Source: an uncultured Alphaproteobacteria bacterium (GTDB lineage Bacteria; Pseudomonadota; Alphaproteobacteria; Rs-D84; CACZYB01). From it: a stretch of 32,000 bases of DNA. The notes under the pieces are model-generated. The model was given only the letters and a program-made list of their open reading frames with translations, was not told where the DNA came from and did no database searches. Both the position numbers and the translations under genes were made by a program. Below, in pieces: positions 25,905-32,000 of this stretch. Every line of letters begins with the position of its first letter. Position 1 is the stretch's first letter. The stretch is from assembly GCA_934246625.1 (NCBI GenBank), contig CAKQHZ010000001.1, forward strand, positions 450,001 to 482,000. Reading direction: 5' to 3'.

Positions 25905-26741
25905 ATGCAAAAATTTTTTAAAAAAGTTTCTTTGATTTTTGTTTTGGGATTGGTTAGTGCTTGTTCATCTAATGTAAAACAAGATAATGTTGCTCCTCGT
26001 GTGGTGGCGGAACTTCCTGTGTTTGAATATAAGGAAACTGAAGTTATTAGCAATGATAATGACAATATAGAGCAAACAAAACAAGAAAAGTATTTTTCAA
26101 CAAAATCTGAATATGATGGAAAAATGCTTTATAAAGAAGTGGAAAAACAAGTCAAAAAAGTTGAACTAAAAAAGAAGGTGATTAAGCCTGTGTATGATAC
26201 AGAAAATCATCCTATTAGTTTAGATAAAAATCAAGTAAAGCAAGTTATTAAACAAATTTCTTCTAGTCCTGATTTTGTTGATGGTGTTGAATATAAGGAT
26301 AAAAATGTAAAGGCTTTGATGGAAAATTATCAAAATATCCTTAAAACTTCTTATAGTTGTTGTGTTGTAAATATTGCAGAAGAATTAAAGCATCGTGGAG
26401 TTTCCAAAGAAAGTATTGTTCAATTTTTAAAATTTGATGCTGAGGAATTTGCTTTGCAAAATATGTGTATTGTTGTTGATGATAGTGATATTAACGATGT
26501 TTATGGAAATAAACTTTTGACAGAGGTTGTTGCAAAATCAAAAAATAGTTGTATTTGTAATAATGCTGAATTTTTAAAACGAAATATTGATAATTTTTAT
26601 AAAATTTATAATATGAAACCTGAGTTATATAATGAAGTTTTAGTCTATAGATTTAAGGATAAAAAGGGTCGTATTGTTGAGCATGATATAAATGAAACAG
26701 TCCTTAATATTTCAACAATTTTGAACAGTTGTGTAAAGTAG
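25905..26741 (+). CDS. Lipoprotein of unknown function
   Basis: 278 aa. The lipobox-like LVSAC comes after a hydrophobic signal. AGGGGA RBS. Conserved-looking Cys pairs are present (SYSCCV, SCICNN). Confidence 0.75.
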   Translation: MQKFFKKVSLIFVLGLVSACSSNVKQDNVAPRVVAELPVFEYKETEVISNDNDNIEQTKQEKYFSTKSEYDGKMLYKEVEKQVKKVELKKKVIKPVYDTENHPISLDKNQVKQVIKQISSSPDFVDGVEYKDKNVKALMENYQNILKTSYSCCVVNIAEELKHRGVSKESIVQFLKFDAEEFALQNMCIVVDDSDINDVYGNKLLTEVVAKSKNSCICNNAEFLKRNIDNFYKIYNMKPELYNEVLVYRFKDKKGRIVEHDINETVLNISTILNSCVK

Positions 26742-26749
26742 GGGGCATT

Positions 26750-27814
26750 ATGGAAAATAGATTTTTTGATGTTGTAAATTCTATGGCCTTGGGTCAAATT
26801 GCAACTTTGTTAGATGTAAAATTATCAGATGAGTCAAAGAAAGATTTGGAAATTACTAATCTTGGCTCTCTTGAAAAAGCAGATGAGCATAGTATTATTT
26901 ACCTTGCTTTGGGTAATGCAACATCTGAACTTCTTAATAAATCTTCTGAATATAAAGAAAAATTGAAAAGTGTAAAGGCTGGGGCTTGCTTTATTTCAGA
27001 AGCTAATGTCGGTTTATTGCCTTCATCTATTGTGCCAGTTATTACAGATGACCCAAAGGGTGCATTTATCAAACTTACAAACCTTTTTTATAAGGATAAG
27101 TCTTTGCAATTTAAGGGTATTTCAAAAAATGCAGTGATTGGTGAAAATGTAAAATTTGCGGATAAAAATTCTGTGCATATTGGGGATTTTGCCGTTATTG
27201 AAGATGATGTTGAAATTGGTGAAAATTGCTATATCGCAAGTGGTGCCAAAATCAAAGTTGGTGTTGTTATGGGAAATAATTGTGTTGTTAAAGAAAATGC
27301 AGTGATTTCACATACAATGATGGGTAATAATGTTAAAATTGGTGAAGGTTCTTGTATCGGTGGCGATGGCTTTGGCTGGCATAGTGGAGCTTTCGGTCAT
27401 ATTTGGGTGCCTCAACTTGGTCGTGTTATTTTGGAAGATAATGTTGAAGTTGGTATAAACTCTTCTATTGATAGAGGTGCTTTGGACGATACAGTTATTG
27501 GCAAGGGAACAAAAATTGATAATGTGATACAAATAGGTCATAATTGTAAAATTGGAAAGAATTGTATCTTGGCAGCGATGAGTGGTGTTGCAGGTTCAAC
27601 AATAGTTGAAGATTGGGTTTTGATTGGTGCGGCGGCTGGTGTTTCTGGACATCTTAAAATAGGTGCAGGAAGCCAAATTGGTGCTGGTGCTGGTGTTATT
27701 CAAAGTCTTCCTCCTAAATCAGTGGTAAGTGGTTATCCTGCACAACCTGTTGCGGACTTTTTAAAACAAACTGCGATGTTAAGACGATTTGTTAAAAAAA
27801 GGAAAATGGATTAG
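26750..27814 (+). CDS. lpxD: UDP-3-O-acylglucosamine N-acyltransferase
   Basis: Start at MENRFFD after GGGGG. Hexapeptide (LbH) repeats run throughout, and it lies directly upstream of fabZ. Confidence 0.93.
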   Translation: MENRFFDVVNSMALGQIATLLDVKLSDESKKDLEITNLGSLEKADEHSIIYLALGNATSELLNKSSEYKEKLKSVKAGACFISEANVGLLPSSIVPVITDDPKGAFIKLTNLFYKDKSLQFKGISKNAVIGENVKFADKNSVHIGDFAVIEDDVEIGENCYIASGAKIKVGVVMGNNCVVKENAVISHTMMGNNVKIGEGSCIGGDGFGWHSGAFGHIWVPQLGRVILEDNVEVGINSSIDRGALDDTVIGKGTKIDNVIQIGHNCKIGKNCILAAMSGVAGSTIVEDWVLIGAAAGVSGHLKIGAGSQIGAGAGVIQSLPPKSVVSGYPAQPVADFLKQTAMLRRFVKKRKMD

Positions 27815-27887
27815 TCAAAAAAGTTCTTGCCTTTTGTTCTTTAAAGTAATATTTTAATAACGTATAAATTTTAGGAAAGAAATTACT

Positions 27888-28343
27888 ATGGAAAAAAATG
27901 TATTATATATTGATGATATAAAAAAGATATTGCCACACAGATATCCTTTTTTGCTTGTTGATAGAGTTATTGATATTGTGCCTGGACAATCTGGAACAGG
28001 TATTAAAAATGTAACAGTTAATGAAGAATTTTTTAATGGACATTTTCCTTCTTCTCCTGTGATGCCTGGGGTTTTAATGTTGGAAGCAATGGCTCAAACA
28101 GCGGTGCTTGTTGGTGCAACAGATGAAACTGAGGAATTAAAGGGACAAATCGTATTTTTAACAGGAATTGATGATGCAAAATTTAAAAATAGAGTTATTC
28201 CTGGTGATCAACTTCATATCAAAGTTGAAAAATGTTCACAAAGAGGTGCTTTTGAAAAATGGAAAGCTGCAATCTATGTTGATGACAAACTTTGTGTATC
28301 TGCAACTTTGAGTGCTATGAAATCAGGTAAAACAAAGGTTTAA
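27888..28343 (+). CDS. fabZ: 3-hydroxyacyl-ACP dehydratase FabZ
   Basis: 151 aa. Contains ILPHRYPFLLVDRV, FFNGHFP..PVMPGVL and EAMAQ. Confidence 0.96.
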   Translation: MEKNVLYIDDIKKILPHRYPFLLVDRVIDIVPGQSGTGIKNVTVNEEFFNGHFPSSPVMPGVLMLEAMAQTAVLVGATDETEELKGQIVFLTGIDDAKFKNRVIPGDQLHIKVEKCSQRGAFEKWKAAIYVDDKLCVSATLSAMKSGKTKV

Positions 28344-28371
28344 ATTTTTATTATTTCAGTTATTAAAGAAG

Positions 28372-28398
28372 GGTGTTAATTTTTTAACACCTTTTTTT
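28372..28398 (+). terminator. Intrinsic terminator of fabZ
   Basis: Stem GGTGTTAA/TTAACACC, loop TTTT, then T7. Confidence 0.8.
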
Positions 28399-28399
28399 G

Positions 28400-28428
28400 T
28401 TGCTTAAATCTTTATTATGTAATATCAT
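28400..28428 (+). promoter_or_regulatory. Putative promoter driving leader copy B
   Basis: TTGCTT (28400-28405), 17-nt spacer, TATCAT (28423-28428). It sits just after a terminator, like the copy A promoter. Confidence 0.3.
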
Positions 28429-28454
28429 AAAATTAGATTTGGATTTATCCAAGT

Positions 28455-28657
28455 TTAGCGTCCATAGGTGGACGTGGGACTGTCGTAAGTTCTTTATATA
28501 CTGCCGTATGTTATTTTACATACGATCTTTGTCCCCACCTTTAGTGGGGAGTCTTTGGTGTATGTCCAGAGGATATTTTTATATTCTTAAAGACCAAGGA
28601 AATCATCTTGCAGTATATATGATTTACGAACTCCCCGCCATTTATGTGATAAATGGG
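28455..28657 (+). promoter_or_regulatory. Candidate structured 5' leader RNA, copy B (homologous to 16690-16900)
   Basis: Hairpin CGTCCA-tagg-TGGACG (28459-28474). Outer stem GGGAC (28476-28480)/GTCCC (28531-28535) encloses CGTATGT-tatttt-ACATACG (28505-28524). Then hairpin CCCCAC-cttta-GTGGGG (28533-28549). The conserved block at 28618-28657 ends in the perfect hairpin CCATTTAT-gtg-ATAAATGG. Confidence 0.5.
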
Positions 28658-28693
28658 AAAAATTTTGTGATACACAAAAAAGGGGAAGAAACC

Positions 28694-29110
28694 ATGAAAA
28701 ACTTATCTAAAGTACTTTGTATTTGTGCGGGGGCTATCTCGGCAAATCCTATTAACCTTCAGGCTAAAACTTTGCTTGAAACCTTGACTCAATACTGTGT
28801 TCCGACGGTTGGCAACTGCGACAAAAAGGCTACCTACAATACCTCTGGCAACTATTGCGATTGTGCCAACATCAACAAATTCTATAACTCTTCGAATCGT
28901 TCTTGCGAGAACTGTATCCTCGGCTCTTTCGCAACCTCAGACTATAAAACTTGTGAGCCTATTCATTGCCCTGACGGCTATGTTGCGACTTTGATTTCCA
29001 AAGGGGCGTGTCCAGATGGCTATACTTTGCAACAAATCAATGTGGCTTCGGGTTGTGGCGAGGGTTATGCGTTGAAGAAGTATAATCCGGCGACGAAGAG
29101 TTTTAATTAA
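28694..29110 (+). CDS. Small secreted cysteine-rich protein, type 1 (QYCVP..GNCD.KATY family), higher-GC copy
   Basis: ATG at 28694 after AGGGGAAG. Signal peptide MKNLSKVLCICAGAISANPINLQA. LTQYCVPTVGNCDKKATYNTSGNYCDC aligns with LFQYCVPKEGNCDVKATYKNGKCIC of 8711-9019. Confidence 0.8.
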   Translation: MKNLSKVLCICAGAISANPINLQAKTLLETLTQYCVPTVGNCDKKATYNTSGNYCDCANINKFYNSSNRSCENCILGSFATSDYKTCEPIHCPDGYVATLISKGACPDGYTLQQINVASGCGEGYALKKYNPATKSFN

Positions 29111-29217
29111 AGATATGGGCGGGAGTTTTTTATCATAGTCTTGCTTCCGCCCTCCCAGATTGGCACTTTTGAAGAGGGGGAGGTGTCAAGGAAGAAACAC
29201 CCTCGAAGGAGAAAAAA

Positions 29218-29871
29218 ATGAAAACCATGAAGAAAAAGAAATTAGCGGTGATAGGGATAGCGGGAATGCTCTCTGCAACACCTGCCTCCGCTCAAACATT
29301 TTATCAATGTATGCCTGTAAAGTGTAAAGCAGGAGAGTATGTAAGTGGAAGTAGTTGTGAGCGTTGCACTGGAGGTTATCGTTGTCCAGGAGATAATAAA
29401 AGGTATGCGTGCACAGGCGAATGGGAATATGCAACACCAGGAAGTTCATACTGCTCTACCTTTGGCCCAAGTGATGTTCGTATTTGGGTTGGTGGTGGCT
29501 GTGCTGATAGAGATAGAAACGATCAAGCTCTAATGTCTAAGTTAGTGCCAATTACATCTTTTTCTACAAAGAAGGAAAATGGTCAAACAAAATATATTAC
29601 AAACTTTAGTATTCTATCAGACAGAAACAAATATGATAGATCAGGTTTCTTTAATTGTTTAGATAATAATTTTAAAAAAAAATATACTTCACAAGAACAA
29701 TGGTGTAAATATGCAAGTATTACTCTTTTAACAACTCCAAATGCTGGTGGTTCATCAGACTTTACCGTAAAACAATATAGTAAAGTATATGGAACGTTAG
29801 AGTTTCGATCTAGTTTTGAGTGTTTAAGATTAGGTCCAGGCGGTGGTTGTGCAAATAAATGTAATAATTAA
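29218..29871 (+). CDS. Secreted cysteine-rich protein, type 2; compositionally chimeric
   Basis: 217 aa. GGAG RBS and signal peptide ...SATPASA. The module YQCMPVKCKAGEYVSGSSCERCTGGYRCPGD aligns with the other type-2 N-termini. G+C drops sharply near 29520. Confidence 0.8.
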   Translation: MKTMKKKKLAVIGIAGMLSATPASAQTFYQCMPVKCKAGEYVSGSSCERCTGGYRCPGDNKRYACTGEWEYATPGSSYCSTFGPSDVRIWVGGGCADRDRNDQALMSKLVPITSFSTKKENGQTKYITNFSILSDRNKYDRSGFFNCLDNNFKKKYTSQEQWCKYASITLLTTPNAGGSSDFTVKQYSKVYGTLEFRSSFECLRLGPGGGCANKCNN

Positions 29872-29877
29872 AAAAAA

Positions 29878-29899
29878 GCCCTCAAATGAGGGCCTTTTT
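29878..29899. terminator. Bidirectional terminator between convergent genes
   Basis: Stem GCCCTC-aaat-GAGGGC, flanked by A8 upstream and CTTTTT downstream. Confidence 0.65.
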
Positions 29900-29910
29900 A
29901 ATTTTGAGGT

Positions 29911-30315
29911 TTATTCCCAACCTGATGTATCGCTTAGACCACCGTATGTTTGTTGGATATTGTTTTTACCTTCTGGGTCAGCCATATATGATACGATAAA
30001 GCCAGCAACTCCAAGAAGAACAAGTGCAACGATTAACATAAATAATTTTTTCCAGTCAATGTCTCCTTTTTCGATAGCATTCCATGCATATCCTAAAAAT
30101 GCAACAGCAGCAACAACGAATAATGCATTTCTTGTATATGCGAATAGTTGGCTTCCACGTTGTAAGAATCTTTCAAAAGGACCAGTTTTTCCGGTTGTTA
30201 CAATCTCACTTCCAGTTTGTGCAAGAACATCAACAGGAACCATAAACATAAATGCAACTAAAATACCAAGACATACAAGTGTAGATTTTTTAGTTAAAAA
30301 TTTGAATATTGACAT
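29911..30315 (-). CDS. Small membrane protein with VirB2/TrbC-pilin-like architecture (assignment tentative)
   Basis: 134 aa. AGGAG RBS. A long signal-like N-terminus ends VDVLA|QTGSE. A hydrophilic stretch is followed by two hydrophobic helices separated by a short charged loop (FVVAAVAFLGYAWNAIEKGDIDWKKLFMLIVALVLLGVAGFIVSYM). Confidence 0.7.
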   Translation of the reverse strand: MSIFKFLTKKSTLVCLGILVAFMFMVPVDVLAQTGSEIVTTGKTGPFERFLQRGSQLFAYTRNALFVVAAVAFLGYAWNAIEKGDIDWKKLFMLIVALVLLGVAGFIVSYMADPEGKNNIQQTYGGLSDTSGWE

Positions 30316-30348
30316 TATTTTTTCTCCTATCCGTTAATATCTTAGACA

Positions 30349-30377
30349 ATTATATCAAAATTTGTATGGTAAAGCAA
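30349..30377 (-). promoter_or_regulatory. Putative promoter of the VirB2-like gene
   Basis: On the minus strand: TTGCTT (30377-30372), 17-nt spacer, TATAAT (30354-30349), with an extended -10 TG. Confidence 0.5.
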
Positions 30378-30382
30378 GTTTT

Positions 30383-30997
30383 TTATTTTGATGTGATGGT
30401 CTTTGGTTTTGCATAATGAGGCTTTATATATAATGCCTCTATCTCACCTTGGATAAAGGTTTTTGGGTCAAATGTTTTATCAAAATATTTTAAAATTTTA
30501 GGGGCATTGATTTTTGCAGTTATTATATTATCACCATTTAAAAAGTCAGAAATGATTGTTTGGTTTAAATCTATTTCCTCCTTTTTTATAAGTTTATGTG
30601 GAATAGTTTCCAAACCATTTTTATCAAGTTGGGTAAAGTAGCAATCATTCCCGCCTGCATTAAGGGCAATATTGTATTGTGGTAAGTTTTTATCATTAAG
30701 GCTGTGATATAATGCTTCGAAATTATTGATACATATCACAGGAGTGTTTGTTGCGATTAAAAAACCCTTTATTACAGAAAGTCCAAGGCGGATTCCAGTA
30801 AATGATCCAGGTCCCACATTTACAACAATAAAATCCAAATCAGAAATTTTTGTGCCGTTAAGAGTTGATGAAATTGCATCAATTATTTCTTCGGATTGGC
30901 TTTTTTTTCCATCAGAAATAAAATCGACTATTTTATCATTATTTTTAAAACAAATTTCAAGTAATTGATTTGATGTGTTTATGTAAAGGGATTTCAT
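30383..30997 (-). CDS. tsaB: tRNA threonylcarbamoyladenosine biosynthesis protein TsaB (YeaZ)
   Basis: Start at MKSLYINTS (ATG at 30997; the track start at 31015 is a TTG). The block VNVGPGSFTGIRLGLSVIKG is diagnostic. Confidence 0.9.
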   Translation of the reverse strand: MKSLYINTSNQLLEICFKNNDKIVDFISDGKKSQSEEIIDAISSTLNGTKISDLDFIVVNVGPGSFTGIRLGLSVIKGFLIATNTPVICINNFEALYHSLNDKNLPQYNIALNAGGNDCYFTQLDKNGLETIPHKLIKKEEIDLNQTIISDFLNGDNIITAKINAPKILKYFDKTFDPKTFIQGEIEALYIKPHYAKPKTITSK

Positions 30998-31066
30998 TAT
31001 TTTAATTGACCTCAATATTTTTTCTTATATAATAACAAAGAGGGAATAAAATTACAAGAGGGAAAG

Positions 31067-32000
31067 ATGTTAGAAAAATTCTTAAAACAAGAAACTTCAA
31101 AAGATATCTATACATTGCCGATTGGCAGTAAGGAAGTTGTTTCCTTTGCCACAACAATTTTTGAATTTGCATCTGATGCGATGTTAATCCTTGATGCAGT
31201 AGGTAAAATTGTATCAGTTAATACAGCCCTTTGTAATTTGATTGGTGATGAAAAGGAAAATATCGTTGGAAAAATTCCAGAATTTTTATTTGGAGGACAA
31301 AGCGATATTTCATCATATAAAAATTTTATTCGTGATTTGGTGATAAATGGTTATTGGTCTGGGCAAGTTTTTGCACGAAATAAATTCGGTGCGGTTGTGC
31401 CAATGGAACTTCATTTTTCAGCAATTTATAATGATGTAGGTGAAGCAAATCATTATGTGGGTATTTGTTCTTCTATTTATTCATATATTTCAAAAATGAA
31501 TGAGTTGCCTTTTGATCCGAATATTGACCCACTTACAAAAACATATAATTCAAATTCTTTTTTACACAGGCTTGAACATAATATACATAAGGTGGAAAAG
31601 GATATGTCCGTTCTTTCATTACTTTATATTGATATTGATAAGTTTAAGGAGCTTGATAAAAATCATAATTATTTGACTGGGGATACTGTGCTTAAAAACC
31701 TTGGTCAATTGCTTATGGATACACTTGAAAAAAGTGATACTGTTGCAAGATTAAAGGCAGATATTTTTTGTGTAATAATCCTTGATATTTATACTCAAGA
31801 AAGTATTGAGGAAATGGCAGAAAAGATTTTCAAAAAGATAACGGCACCTTATGCTTTGCACGAAAATATAGAAAAGGTTTCTATTAGTATGGGGGTTGCG
31901 ACTTTTCCAATAAGTGGTGATAATCCTCAAGATTTGATTGCAGCGGCTGCGGAGGCATCTCAACGTGCCAAAGCCGAAGGGGGTAATCAAATTTGTTATC
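31067..32000 (+). CDS. PAS domain / degenerate GGDEF domain protein (3' end beyond the window)
   Basis: ATG at 31067 after GAGGGAAAG, open to the window end. The PAS-like region is FEFASDAMLILDAVGKIVSVNTALCNLIG. The GGDEF fold is present (DPLTKTYNSNSFL, LYIDIDKFKELD, SISMGVATF, AKAEGGNQ), but the signature reads ARLKADIF instead of RxGGDEF. Confidence 0.85.
   Translation, partial: MLEKFLKQETSKDIYTLPIGSKEVVSFATTIFEFASDAMLILDAVGKIVSVNTALCNLIGDEKENIVGKIPEFLFGGQSDISSYKNFIRDLVINGYWSGQVFARNKFGAVVPMELHFSAIYNDVGEANHYVGICSSIYSYISKMNELPFDPNIDPLTKTYNSNSFLHRLEHNIHKVEKDMSVLSLLYIDIDKFKELDKNHNYLTGDTVLKNLGQLLMDTLEKSDTVARLKADIFCVIILDIYTQESIEEMAEKIFKKITAPYALHENIEKVSISMGVATFPISGDNPQDLIAAAAEASQRAKAEGGNQICY

Noticed and set aside
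28397-28693. The ORF track extends the 28694-29110 gene upstream to a 237-aa ORF starting at 28397.
   Set aside because: The extension starts at a TTG inside the T-tract of the fabZ terminator. It reads through the predicted promoter and the hairpin-rich conserved leader, has no RBS, and has implausible composition. A good RBS and signal peptide begin at the ATG at 28694. The homologous leader at 16612-16924 is not open in any frame.
29843-30337. 164-aa plus-strand ORF overlapping the 3' end of 29218-29871 and antisense to the VirB2-like gene.
   Set aside because: It crosses the bidirectional terminator, has no RBS and has odd composition. The minus-strand ORF has an AGGAG RBS, a near-consensus promoter and a coherent signal/TM architecture.
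1-32000. Scan for CRISPR arrays, IS elements and transposases, integrases, prophage genes, rRNA, toxin-antitoxin pairs and known defence-system genes.
   Set aside because: I found no regularly spaced direct repeats, no terminal inverted repeats flanking the accessory loci, and no ORF with recognisable transposase, integrase, nuclease-helicase or reverse-transcriptase motifs. The accessory loci therefore cannot be called mobile elements from sequence alone.

Overview
AT-rich window (hand counts of about 25-37% G+C in housekeeping blocks) from a diderm bacterium. The non-zinc L36, gene order and rubrerythrin tentatively suggest a low-GC, anaerobic or host-associated alphaproteobacterium-like lineage. 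Most of the window is conserved core genes: ileS (5' fragment), a HAD phosphatase, mnmG, a radical SAM protein, a class A PBP, folD, grpE, yraN, tRNA-Leu(CAA), the rimP-nusA-infB operon, clpP, a small beta-barrel OMP, hpf-rubrerythrin, rpmJ, the envelope cluster rseP-bamA-skp-(lipoprotein)-lpxD-fabZ, tsaB, and a PAS-GGDEF fragment. I saw no rRNA, CRISPR array, transposase, integrase or phage gene. Between the core operons sit accessory loci that all encode signal-peptide-bearing proteins of unknown function. (i) A two-gene cassette of small cysteine-rich secreted proteins occurs twice (8711-10190 and 28694-29871), with a solitary relative at 16925-17491. (ii) Two of these loci are preceded by a homologous, roughly 260-nt non-coding leader whose stems are kept by compensatory changes. 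I do not recognise it, and I rank it the best candidate for a new cis-regulatory RNA. (iii) The second cassette sits in a tract of about 1.1 kb with clearly higher G+C (about 38-53%) that ends abruptly inside a gene and interrupts the expected fabZ-lpxA synteny. (iv) A tandem pair of about 445-aa secreted paralogues lies at 18755-21415. Other oddities are a metallothionein-like Cys/His-rich N-terminal extension on GrpE, a radical SAM protein with a SPASM-like cysteine cluster before the CX3CX2C core, an orphan VirB2/TrbC-like small membrane protein with a strong promoter, and a degenerate GGDEF domain (KADIF). Many predicted promoters share an extended -10 (TGnTATAAT-like) with 16-17 nt spacing. 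Every functional call rests on motif recognition by eye; no database search was run.
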